In this document: positions 18,056 through 26,560 of the stretch, piece by piece
Layout: each line of letters opens with the position of its first letter
Position numbering within the stretch: the stretch's first letter is position 1
Assembly (NCBI GenBank): GCA_041739995.1
Contig: JBGSMV010000049.1
Coordinates: 1-37,974 of the forward strand
Length of the DNA: 37,974 bases
DNA from: Bdellovibrionota bacterium
Lineage (GTDB): Bacteria > Bdellovibrionota_C > UBA2361 > JBGSMV01
Direction of reading: 5' to 3'
The notes under the pieces: model-generated
The model's input: only the letters and a program-made list of their open reading frames with translations
The model's database searches: none
Told to the model about the DNA's origin: nothing
Made by a program: the position numbers and the translations under genes

Positions 18056-18964
18056 TCACTTCATTCGATCTAAGAAGCTTCTGAGCGTGTTATGCATGAG
18101 CATCGCCACCGTCATCGGGCCCACGCCTCCGGGAACTGGCGTGATCGCCGCGGCGAGCGGCTCAACCGCCGCAAAATCGACATCACCTTCAAGCCCGCCT
18201 GACGCGGCTCGGTTTATGCCGACGTCAATCACAATCGCTCCGGGTTTGACCCACCGCTCTCCGACCAACTGAGGCACGCCGACGGCTGCAATCAAAACGT
18301 CGGCTTCTTTAGTCACCAGAGGCAAATCTTTGGTTTTGGAATGGGCGTAAGACACGGTAGCGTTACGCTCTAGAAGTAACATCCCGACGGGTTTCCCCAC
18401 GAGAATGGAACGCCCCAACACCACCGCGCGCTTACCAGCGAGGCTGGCTTTTGGCAGCTGAGAGGGAAGAAAGTCAGCGCTTCCAATCTCTACCTCTGAA
18501 AGCGCCAGATCAATTAGATGCATGATGCCTAGCGGTGTGCAGGGGCGCAGATGCCCTCCTCCTCTAAGCAGCAACCCTTGATTGAGCGGATGGAGGCCAT
18601 CGGCGTCTTTAGCAGGGTCAATCGCATCCAACAGCTCGTCTTGATTTAGTCCAGCGGGAAGCGGCAACTGCAACAAGATGCCGTCGATTTGAGGATTTTT
18701 GTTGAAGCTTTGAATGGCTTCAAGGGCTTCAGACGGAGAAACAGTGGAAGGTAGGCGGATCTCTTCGGTGTAAAAGCCACAGGCGCGCGCCAGTTTCTCC
18801 TTATTGGCCACATAGGCGTGAGAAGCAGGATTATCTCCAATTAGAATCACTCCGAGTCCTGGAGCTCGCCCCACCCGTTTACTTTCAGAGTTTACGATGG
18901 AACTTATCTCGGCTTGGAATCGAGAACTCAGCCACTTTCCGTCAAGGCGTTTCGTCTGTGTCAT
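18056..18964 (-). CDS. folD: Bifunctional methylene-THF dehydrogenase/cyclohydrolase
   Basis: YVANK, GILLQLPLP, KDADG, PCTPLG, GRSILVGKP, DVGIN and TPVPGGVGPMTVAMLM. Start taken at ATG 18964 (MTQTKRLDGK). Confidence 0.97.
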   Translation of the reverse strand: MTQTKRLDGKWLSSRFQAEISSIVNSESKRVGRAPGLGVILIGDNPASHAYVANKEKLARACGFYTEEIRLPSTVSPSEALEAIQSFNKNPQIDGILLQLPLPAGLNQDELLDAIDPAKDADGLHPLNQGLLLRGGGHLRPCTPLGIMHLIDLALSEVEIGSADFLPSQLPKASLAGKRAVVLGRSILVGKPVGMLLLERNATVSYAHSKTKDLPLVTKEADVLIAAVGVPQLVGERWVKPGAIVIDVGINRAASGGLEGDVDFAAVEPLAAAITPVPGGVGPMTVAMLMHNTLRSFLDRMK

Positions 18965-19227
18965 CGCGTACTCGTCCAAAAAAAACTGTCTGCGGTCAGC
19001 GCCATGACCTAGCCTGGCCTGCCGATTAAAGACTACCACTCCCTCTGCTTAGGTCCACAACAGCGCCAACGCTTTCCTGCCCTGCTGGCTATGTCCTCGC
19101 TGGCAACGCCCCCTTCCGGAGGGACTTTCACTGAAGCGCATTCCAGAGCTATAAGAGCGGCCTGGTCCGAGTATGCGGCCCGGATACAGGGCCCAAATTA
19201 TAAGGCTCAGAAAATTAGGACTTGTTT

Positions 19228-20352
19228 ATGAAAATTGGTGTTCCCCGCGAAAGAAAGAACCTTGAAAAACGTATCGCGCTGACTCCTGACGGCGCTGCTG
19301 AATTAGTGTCTAAAGGGCACCAGGTCCTCATAGAGACAAAAGCCGGGGACGGTTCTGATTTCCCTGACGATTCCTTTAAGGCAGTGGGCGCTACAATCGT
19401 GCCGACTTTAAAGGATGTGTGGACGAAGTCAGAGATGGTCGTCAAGGTAAAAGAACCGGACTATTCGGAGTACGAGTTCTTCCGCCCTGGCCTCACTATT
19501 TTCGACTATCTACATCTGGCCAGCATGCCCGAACTTACCGCAACCATGGTGAAGAGCGGCGTTACCGGCATTGCTTATGAACTCGTGCAAGGCGAGGACA
19601 AGCGTCTGCCATTACTTGAGCCGATGAGCGAAGTGGCGGGAAAACTTTCGGTACTCAACGGATCCTTCTTTTTGCTCTCGCAAAACGGTGGGCGCGGCGT
19701 ACTACTAGGCGGAACGGTCGGCGTCCGACCAGGAGACGTGGTAATTCTGGGCGCGGGCATCTCCGGGCGCGCCGCTTGTGAAATCGCGGTCGGCTTTGGC
19801 GCTTCAGTCACAGTTCTAGACGTTGATTACAAAAAGCTTGAGCGCGTTAAGCTTGAGTTTGGTTCCAAGGTAAGAACTGTGTTTTCGACCATGGCAAGCA
19901 TCGCTTGGGCCATACAAAGAGCAGACCTTTTGATTTGTGCCGTATTGATTCCTGGTGCGGCGGCGCCACGCCTCGTCACTGAGAGCATGGTTAAGCAAAT
20001 GAGCCCTGGTTCGGTAATTGTTGACATCAGCATCGACCAAGGTGGTTGCTGCGAAACCATCAAAACAACCAGTCTGGAGCAGCCCGTATATGAGAAGCAC
20101 GGTGTGATTCACTACGGCGTACCAAACATGCCAGCACAAACTCCGAGAACTTCTACCATGGCACTTACCGCAGCAACGTTGCCGTATGTAATGAAACTCG
20201 CAAACCTCGGCGCTGCTCAAGCACTTCGCTCGTTCGCTGATCTGCGCGCTGCCGTGAACACCTGCAATGGAAAGCTCACGAATCATGCCGTAAGCGAAGC
20301 GGTGAATTTGCCGTACACCCCGGTTGAATCTGCCCTAGAGGGTCTAAATTAG
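19228..20352 (+). CDS. ald: Alanine dehydrogenase
   Basis: MKIGVPRE, VKVKEP, YLHLA, LPLLEPMSEVAG, AVLIPGAAAP, DQGGC and HYGVPNMP. AGGA RBS before ATG 19228. Confidence 0.96.
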   Translation: MKIGVPRERKNLEKRIALTPDGAAELVSKGHQVLIETKAGDGSDFPDDSFKAVGATIVPTLKDVWTKSEMVVKVKEPDYSEYEFFRPGLTIFDYLHLASMPELTATMVKSGVTGIAYELVQGEDKRLPLLEPMSEVAGKLSVLNGSFFLLSQNGGRGVLLGGTVGVRPGDVVILGAGISGRAACEIAVGFGASVTVLDVDYKKLERVKLEFGSKVRTVFSTMASIAWAIQRADLLICAVLIPGAAAPRLVTESMVKQMSPGSVIVDISIDQGGCCETIKTTSLEQPVYEKHGVIHYGVPNMPAQTPRTSTMALTAATLPYVMKLANLGAAQALRSFADLRAAVNTCNGKLTNHAVSEAVNLPYTPVESALEGLN

Positions 20353-20369
20353 GTCAAGCGTCTAGCCTG

Positions 20370-20410
20370 CCGACTTCCTTCTGTCAGGTGACTGTTCACA
20401 AGGAAGTCGG
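20370..20410. terminator. 11-bp stem-loop between convergent ald and minE (terminator or 3' stabiliser)
   Basis: CCGACTTCCTT (20370-20380) / AAGGAAGTCGG (20400-20410) with a 19-nt loop. No clear U-tract follows on either strand. Confidence 0.5.
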
Positions 20411-20423
20411 GAAGAAAAGAGTC

Positions 20424-20481
20424 AGGCCTAAGAAACCTAGGCATAAGAAACCTAGGTATAGGAAACCTAGGTATAGGAAAC
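20424..20481. repeat. Intergenic 15-bp tandem repeat (about 3.5-4 units) containing CCTAGG
   Basis: TAAGAAACCTAGGCA / TAAGAAACCTAGGTA / TAGGAAACCTAGGTA / TAGGAAAC at 20429, 20444, 20459 and 20474. Confidence 0.92.
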
Positions 20482-20485
20482 TCTG

Positions 20486-20890
20486 TCAGGAGTTGGAAGC
20501 TGCTGCCTCTTTGCTGGCGTCCTTAGAGGACTCATCAATCTTCTTAGATTTATTGGAAGCATTGCCATCGTGATTGCGTCTGTGGCCCTGCTTGTCCTTT
20601 CCACGTGCACCCACCTGGGAACCGACCGCGTCCTGCCGGCGCACGATTACGGGAGAGTTAATGACCAAGGTAGTTAGCTCAGATTCCCGCTTATACGAAA
20701 TATCAAAGCCCTGTTCATCAATCACAAAATAGCGCTCAAGCACTTGCACCATCTCGCGCTTGAACTTGGTCATATCGTCAGGCGTAAGCCCAGTGCGATC
20801 CTGCACCAACACAAAGTGAAGCCGGCTGCGGGCGAGTGAGTTACTCGCCTTCCCATTTCCGAATAAAAAGTCCTTTAATCCCGCAAACAC
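20486..20890 (-). CDS. minE: Cell division topological specificity factor MinE with a C-terminal tail
   Basis: N-terminal amphipathic MFAGLKDFLFG, ARSRLHFVLVQDR, FKREMVQVLERY and LVINSPV. Lies downstream of minD. Confidence 0.93.
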   Translation of the reverse strand: MFAGLKDFLFGNGKASNSLARSRLHFVLVQDRTGLTPDDMTKFKREMVQVLERYFVIDEQGFDISYKRESELTTLVINSPVIVRRQDAVGSQVGARGKDKQGHRRNHDGNASNKSKKIDESSKDASKEAAASNS

Positions 20891-21115
20891 GTTGCACTCC
20901 TACGGTTAGTGGCTCTTCGTTTATGGCCTCTCAGTTAGTGACTCACTCCCTTAAGAACCTTCTTACGAACCCACCTATCAAGCCGACGTATCGGCTCGCC
21001 AATCACCTATATTAGAAATCCGTTTCAATTCTTCAGTTCATCCCTCAAGAACGACCCTAAGCCAGCTAGCTAGTAAATCTAGCTCTAGCCTGCCATCAAT
21101 CTAGGCCGTCTTGCC

Positions 21116-21991
21116 TCAAGCATGAAGCCCCAATCTTTTCCCAATTCGAGACAGAAATCCGCCTTGATCATACTCAGGTATCGCAATCTGCTCTCCACAG
21201 ATTCGCCCCGCGATGCGCGTATAGGCCATCCCCGCCTTAGATTTAGGGTTATAGACCACAGGCTCCCCGCAGTTGGCCGCAACGATGATATTCTCATCGC
21301 GCTCAACCACCCCAAGTAGCGGAATGCCGACGATCTCTTGGACATCGACAACAGACAGCATATCGCCCCTTCGGACCATGTTAGGGTCAAGCCGATTGAT
21401 TATCAGCGAAGGCTCGATACCTCTGGCGGAAAGCAACCCCACCACGCGATCTGCGTCCCTAATTGCGGGCACCTCTGGTGTCGTAACAATTATTCCCGAA
21501 TCGGCTCCTGCACATGCGTTCTTAAAGCCCTGCTCAATGCCTGCCGGAGAATCGACCAGAATATAGTTGAACTCTCGACGAAAATGATCGAGCACTCCCC
21601 TTACGTCATCTTCGCAGACCACATCTTTGTCATCTGTCTGCGAAGCAGGAAGAAGGTAGAGGTTATTAGATTTCTTTGACTTGATGATTGCCTGTGCAGG
21701 CTTACAGACCTGTTTTGCAACATCAACCAAGTTAAAAACGATTCGATTCTCAAGCCCAAGAATCACGTCGAGATTTCTAAGCCCGATATCAGCATCAACC
21801 ACCAACACGCGCTTGCCCCTTAGGGCCAGGGCAGCTCCAAGACTCGCGGTCGTAGTGGTCTTTCCCACTCCACCCTTTCCGGAAGTTACGACAATAACTT
21901 CTCCACCGCCCTTACTCTGACCCGCCAGGGATCCATTTCCCGCAGCCGCCCCGAGTGTAAATCCCGAACCGTTGCCATTAGTCGCGTTCAT
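21116..21991 (-). CDS. minD: Septum site-determining ATPase MinD
   Basis: VVTSGKGGVGKTTTTA, DIGLRNLD, DSPAGIEQGF, RDADRVVGLL and the C-terminal membrane-targeting helix GGFLSRIGKRLG. Confidence 0.97.
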   Translation of the reverse strand: MNATNGNGSGFTLGAAAGNGSLAGQSKGGGEVIVVTSGKGGVGKTTTTASLGAALALRGKRVLVVDADIGLRNLDVILGLENRIVFNLVDVAKQVCKPAQAIIKSKKSNNLYLLPASQTDDKDVVCEDDVRGVLDHFRREFNYILVDSPAGIEQGFKNACAGADSGIIVTTPEVPAIRDADRVVGLLSARGIEPSLIINRLDPNMVRRGDMLSVVDVQEIVGIPLLGVVERDENIIVAANCGEPVVYNPKSKAGMAYTRIAGRICGEQIAIPEYDQGGFLSRIGKRLGLHA

Positions 21992-22049
21992 TGCAGTTCC
22001 TCCGAAGCCTAAAATCCCTTAAAAGCCCAAATCCAGAAAATTGCGAAAC

Positions 22050-23267
22050 TTAGGCCGATCCTCTACGTCGCCCAAGCAAGCCTACAGTACTCGCCAATCC
22101 ACTCACTGATTTACCAAGCGTTTTGGTCTGATAAGGCTCGACCACAATCAAAGATCCGTCGACTCGCGCCACTTCAGGGCACACTCGCCCGTCTTGCGTT
22201 CGACTCTCACCGCTGCGAGTCTCAACCGAGCCGCCGCGCGAGATCACGCCACCGATACGCAACTGCGTCGGCTGCATGTTCAATGAGAATATAACCCGTC
22301 CACCGCCAGACTCTTCGTACGCACCTGCGTGAGCAACGCCACGAAGCGTTCCTAGGATGACGATATCGCCTCCAGACACCACTTCAGCACCTGAGTTCAC
22401 ATCACCCACAATAACGAGTGAGTGCTCTGACTCAAGGCGCTGCCCAGATCTCAAAGTGGCATGCACCAATCTTGAGTCGGGCTCGTCCCATGGAACTACA
22501 TTTCCCGACAATGGAGATTGAAATGTACGCGAGTGTCCAGAACTCCGGCCCGCAGGTGTCGCTGCAAATGCGGCCGCGGCGCTCCCGACTCCTCGCCCTA
22601 ACGTACTACCGGATCCACGGGTCTGCTCACTTTCAATCGAGCGCACACCACCGAACAACCCCTCCCCTCCCCGACGCCCGTAGGAACTTTCTGCTCCAGA
22701 GGGGATTGAAGAAGGTCCTCCAACAGGCGCCCTCCCGCCAGAACCGGACAGCCCCGCGCGTCCTATCTTCTCGGATGATCGCGAAAAAAGACGCACAGAC
22801 TTAACAATGATTCCGTAACTCTTGGTCAGAAGTTGCGTGAGGGATTCTTCGACATCAGTCGCGGGGCGAACGCCGACCCACTCGAGAAAAACTTCTTGGC
22901 CAGCAAGAAAAGAACTGCGCGCACTTACAAACTCATCCAGCGCCTGCCGCATCGCTCCGGACTCGAGGCGTCCGTCGACACGAATCACCAGACCGTCAAC
23001 GGTGCCTCGCGCCGCCACCAAGCCACCGCGCGCGACATCAACGTCGAGCTCTCCGGCTAAAGTAGTAGAGTCACTGCCAAGATCATCAGATGCGTCGACA
23101 CTGTCACCCGAATCATCGCCCGAAGAAAAATCATCGGGAGCGTCTCTCATGCCAAGATCCACTACCGTCACCTCTCGCTCAGTTTCGTTGTCAAGAAGCC
23201 CTTGCGAATCTCGAGTTCCCACGATTCGATTCGGCACTTCTTCCTGCGTCTCTCTCTCATCAACCAT
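22050..23267 (-). CDS. minC: Septum site-determining protein MinC, long form (405 aa)
   Basis: Beta-helix TLRSGQ...VIVGDVNSGAEVVSGGDIVILGTLRGVAHAG and PTQLRIG. N-domain RGTVDGLVI. Start uncertain (23267 ATG or 23333). Confidence 0.92.
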   Translation of the reverse strand: MVDERETQEEVPNRIVGTRDSQGLLDNETEREVTVVDLGMRDAPDDFSSGDDSGDSVDASDDLGSDSTTLAGELDVDVARGGLVAARGTVDGLVIRVDGRLESGAMRQALDEFVSARSSFLAGQEVFLEWVGVRPATDVEESLTQLLTKSYGIIVKSVRLFSRSSEKIGRAGLSGSGGRAPVGGPSSIPSGAESSYGRRGGEGLFGGVRSIESEQTRGSGSTLGRGVGSAAAAFAATPAGRSSGHSRTFQSPLSGNVVPWDEPDSRLVHATLRSGQRLESEHSLVIVGDVNSGAEVVSGGDIVILGTLRGVAHAGAYEESGGGRVIFSLNMQPTQLRIGGVISRGGSVETRSGESRTQDGRVCPEVARVDGSLIVVEPYQTKTLGKSVSGLASTVGLLGRRRGSA

Positions 23268-23413
23268 TAGAAATCTCGCCCCTTCACTCAGCCTTCGCAC
23301 TAATCGGCTACCCAGCGCGGAAAGTTCGCGCAATTCGCCTCAGACGAAGCTCCACCAGTAAGTCAAAAATGGAATTGTTTCAGATAATTAGATTTGCTCT
23401 TTTGTTTAACTCA

Positions 23414-23443
23414 CTTATAGCAAAGGCAGATCTACAGAGTCAA
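23414..23443 (-). promoter_or_regulatory. Candidate sigma-70 promoter for minCDE
   Basis: Minus strand TTGACT-18 nt-TATAAG with an extended -10 TG, in an AT-rich intergenic stretch. Confidence 0.45.
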
Positions 23444-23693
23444 CACGAGATTTGATTCTTATGAATACTATATTAACTTTCCCTCCTTCCGCCCTTCGTC
23501 TGTATACCCAGCCAACTAGGCCCTGCTCTGCTGCCGGCTTCCCTGCCGACCTTTAACGCTTGCACCCTCCATACGACGCGCGTTAGTAGAAGCCTCAGCC
23601 CTAGACCGCCGCTAATGGAGTGGGACGATAATTCAGCACTGGGGAACTTAAGGCGGTTACGAGCCTTTTCCAGAGACGGGCACCCTCACCACT

Positions 23694-24224
23694 ATGCCAT
23701 CAGCAACAATGAATCTTTACTTTCTCCTCTCGCGCACTATCTCCTCTGGTTTTGGATCCGGATTCTCGCCTTTTGCTTCAGGGACTGCCGGCAGCGCGCT
23801 TGCTTGCGTGGCATGGTGGGTAGCGATCGCCCCTTTCGGGTCGCCTACGTTAACCCTGGTCGTCGCACTCGGTACCTTCGCGCTTGGTACACACGCCACC
23901 CATGTCGTTATCAACAACGAGCAATGGCTCGAAAAACAAAGTGAAAAGGTGCGTCGGAAGGGGCACCTAGATCCCGGCGAGGTTGTAGTCGACGAGTGGG
24001 CGGGAATGTTCTTTACCCTGATCCCCCTCGCGCTTTTTCCTGAATCGCCGCAGCTCCCCGGCTTGGCTGTTGGGTTTGTGTTGTTTCGTTGCTTTGATGT
24101 CTTCAAGCCTGGTCCGATTGGGAAAGCCGAGAAGCTGCCAGGCGCAATCGGGATAATGCTCGACGATCTGGTGGCAGGCGCCTTCTCAGCCATCTTCCTC
24201 GCTCTTTTTCTGTGGGCGTTCTAG
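23694..24224 (+). CDS. pgpA: Phosphatidylglycerophosphatase A
   Basis: GSGFSPFASGTAGS, DPGEVVVDEWAG, FRCFDVFKPGPI and GIMLDDLVAG. Confidence 0.96.
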   Translation: MPSATMNLYFLLSRTISSGFGSGFSPFASGTAGSALACVAWWVAIAPFGSPTLTLVVALGTFALGTHATHVVINNEQWLEKQSEKVRRKGHLDPGEVVVDEWAGMFFTLIPLALFPESPQLPGLAVGFVLFRCFDVFKPGPIGKAEKLPGAIGIMLDDLVAGAFSAIFLALFLWAF

Positions 24225-24258
24225 GATGCGGCGAAGGATCTCACGCAGCTCGTGGTAC

Positions 24259-24315
24259 AATTATACTGCGCAGTTTGAGAACTGGGGAACTAGACTGCGC
24301 AAACTAGACTGCGCA
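24259..24315. repeat. 14-bp direct repeat: two perfect tandem copies plus one 12/14 copy
   Basis: AACTAGACTGCGCA at 24288 and 24302. AATTATACTGCGCA at 24259. Confidence 0.85.
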
Positions 24316-24338
24316 ATTGTTGAAGGCTTTGTCTCCGA

Positions 24339-25466
24339 ATGAAGGGAATCTCTCTCACTGGCTATATTATCTTGTTTGGCGCCGCTTTCCTCAGCCTCGG
24401 GATAATTGCATCGCCAGACACCACCAAAAGCTACGTGGCACGCCTCGGCACAGTTTTTCAAAGTGCTCTGAGTTCTTCAGAACCTCGCCCGCTGGCAGAC
24501 CACTCTCTGGCAAACCGCTCAGATTTAACCTCCGCTGACGCCGAGCCACGAGCAGCCCTTCGGGATTTCGTCTCTGAATTCCACATCGGCGAGATTGAGG
24601 ATCTCACCGGCAATATTCTCTTCGGTGCCACTATCGAGAATCAAGACGTAATCCTAGTGCTCGATCTTGACGGCAAGCGCGTGCGCAAAGTGATTGATGG
24701 TCCGGGCAACAACAGCTACCCGAGCTGGAGCCCCGACGGAAGAGAATTCGTCTTCGTATCCGATCGCGAAGGACGAAAGCAACTCTTCATCGCTCGCTGG
24801 GACGGCGCAGATCAGCGGCGGCTCACCACATCTGAGGAAGTGGAAGACAACCCGCACTGGTCGAGGACTGGAAGTAAAATCACCTACTCTGCAGACACTG
24901 ATGCCAAGGGTTCTGGCGCCTCAGTCATGAGCATCTCAGCGCTGGGCGGCACACCTCAGCAGATAACCAAGTACTCCGGTCGCCAAACCGTGCCCAAGCT
25001 TTCTCCAGATGGTCGCTATGTCTCCTATTCAACCAATAGATTTTGGCCCGGATGGGACGTGTGTGTGTTTTCGCTCTCAGGCAAAAACGAGAAGTGCGTT
25101 CTCACCGGCGCCCAAACTTATTGCCGACAAGACTATTCACCAGACGGTAAGCAACTAGCCTACTCAAGCGGACTTCTTGATGACGTAGATATCGGAATTC
25201 TTGATTTCAACTCTGCCAAGCAAACTTCGCTCACAAAAATGAAAGGTAGAGAATACGACGCCACCTGGTCACCCGACGGTTCGGTCTTGGCCTTCACTGC
25301 CGAAGACGGTCGCAGCGAGGTGTATAATCTCTATCTAGTGTCCCCCACTGACAAGAAGACCCGTACCCTCGTATCCTCCGATCACTCTATTCGATTTTTG
25401 AGCTGGACCAGCGCAAAGACCATTGACCTTGAAGCCGAGAGGATTCGTGAGGAAGAGAATCAATAG
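24339..25466 (+). CDS. TolB-like PD40 beta-propeller protein
   Basis: N-terminal hydrophobic segment. Repeats PSWSPDGREFVFVS, PHWSRTGSKITYS, PKLSPDGRYVSYS, YSPDGKQLAYSS and TWSPDGSVLAFT. Confidence 0.88.
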   Translation: MKGISLTGYIILFGAAFLSLGIIASPDTTKSYVARLGTVFQSALSSSEPRPLADHSLANRSDLTSADAEPRAALRDFVSEFHIGEIEDLTGNILFGATIENQDVILVLDLDGKRVRKVIDGPGNNSYPSWSPDGREFVFVSDREGRKQLFIARWDGADQRRLTTSEEVEDNPHWSRTGSKITYSADTDAKGSGASVMSISALGGTPQQITKYSGRQTVPKLSPDGRYVSYSTNRFWPGWDVCVFSLSGKNEKCVLTGAQTYCRQDYSPDGKQLAYSSGLLDDVDIGILDFNSAKQTSLTKMKGREYDATWSPDGSVLAFTAEDGRSEVYNLYLVSPTDKKTRTLVSSDHSIRFLSWTSAKTIDLEAERIREEENQ

Positions 25467-26553
25467 TTCCCTCTGGCTACAACAAACAGCTCTCTTCGTC
25501 GGCGGCGTTTTAGTTGCTCTGTTGCTGTGTGGCTGCAATCCTCTGTATGTCATTCGAGCGGCATATGAACAAAGCAAGATCCTTGCGTCACGCGAAGACA
25601 TTGCTGACGTGCTCGAGAACCCAAATACTCCACCAGAACTGCGCAAGAAGCTTCAGGTGGTTACCGATGCAAGAAGGTTTGGCATTGAGTTGGGCCTTAA
25701 GCCAAAGAATTCCTTTACCCAGTTCGCTGAAGTTGATGGCAGCGCGGTGGCCTGGGTGGTCTCTGCCGCACCAAAAGATCGCTTCGAACTTTACACCTGG
25801 TGGTTTCCCTTTGTGGGATCAATTCCCTACAAGGGGTTCTTCGACAAAGACGACGCGCTTGACGCCGCCAAGGATCTTTCGGCGGAGGGCTACGAAACCT
25901 GGGTACGAGGCACTGAAGCCTTTAGCACACTCGGTTGGTTCGACGATCCAGTGCTATCCACCACTCTGCGCAGAGACCCAGAGCAGATCGCAAACACCGT
26001 GCTCCATGAATCACTCCACACCACTCTCTGGGTACAGAATCGCGTAGACTTCAATGAAAGCCTCGCAAATTTTGTTGGAATGCAAGGCAGTCTTGATTTT
26101 TTTAAACACCTCCGCGACCAGTGCAATTCAGCCGAGGTCCAGGTGCCAGCGCCGCTCTCGTCCTGTCAGACTATTCACGCTGCTCAAGTGAATGCATGCG
26201 AGTATGGGTACCATCGAGAAATTACCATTTCGAGGTCAATTGAGACCTTAATGAAGGAACTACGCAGCCTTTACGAGTCAGAGCTTTCTCTTGGTGAAAA
26301 ACTCCTCCGTCGCAGCGAAATTTTCGATCATCATATACGGCCGCTCAAGCAGGAGTTCCCGGAGTTACAAATTCTCTCCGAAATTAACAATGCAGAGCTG
26401 CTGCAACTAGAACTCTATCTGAAGGACTTAGAGCGCTTTGCGGCGCGTTTTACCGCTATGGGCTCAGACTGGCCGACTTTTCTTTCTGAAATGCACGCGA
26501 TCGCCCAGAAGGTCGAAGAAGACCCCTCACTTGACCCGTTCTCGCTCCTGTGA
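25423..26553 (+). CDS. Putative zinc aminopeptidase (lipoprotein); start may be GTG 25447
   Basis: Lipobox-like LLCGC, WWFPFVGSIPYKGFF, AFSTLGWFDDP, HExxH (LHESLH) and FNESLANFVG. Confidence 0.88.
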   Translation: MTLKPRGFVRKRINSSLWLQQTALFVGGVLVALLLCGCNPLYVIRAAYEQSKILASREDIADVLENPNTPPELRKKLQVVTDARRFGIELGLKPKNSFTQFAEVDGSAVAWVVSAAPKDRFELYTWWFPFVGSIPYKGFFDKDDALDAAKDLSAEGYETWVRGTEAFSTLGWFDDPVLSTTLRRDPEQIANTVLHESLHTTLWVQNRVDFNESLANFVGMQGSLDFFKHLRDQCNSAEVQVPAPLSSCQTIHAAQVNACEYGYHREITISRSIETLMKELRSLYESELSLGEKLLRRSEIFDHHIRPLKQEFPELQILSEINNAELLQLELYLKDLERFAARFTAMGSDWPTFLSEMHAIAQKVEEDPSLDPFSLL

Positions 26554-26560
26554 CATGTGA

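Noticed and set aside
19095..19135. CCGGAAGG / GAAAGTCC words suggesting SRP RNA or RNase P RNA
   Set aside because: The flanking conserved elements (TCAGG...GCAGC; GAGGAAAGTCC) are absent. It is only a short hairpin.
20388..20573. 61-aa ORF with KPRYR repeats, and the same array as a possible CRISPR
   Set aside because: The peptide is just the translation of the 15-bp tandem repeat and overlaps minE antisense. The units have no spacers and there are no cas genes.
24339..25466. Calling this gene tolB
   Set aside because: No TolB N-terminal domain is recognisable and there is no tolQRA/pal context. PD40 repeats are widespread.
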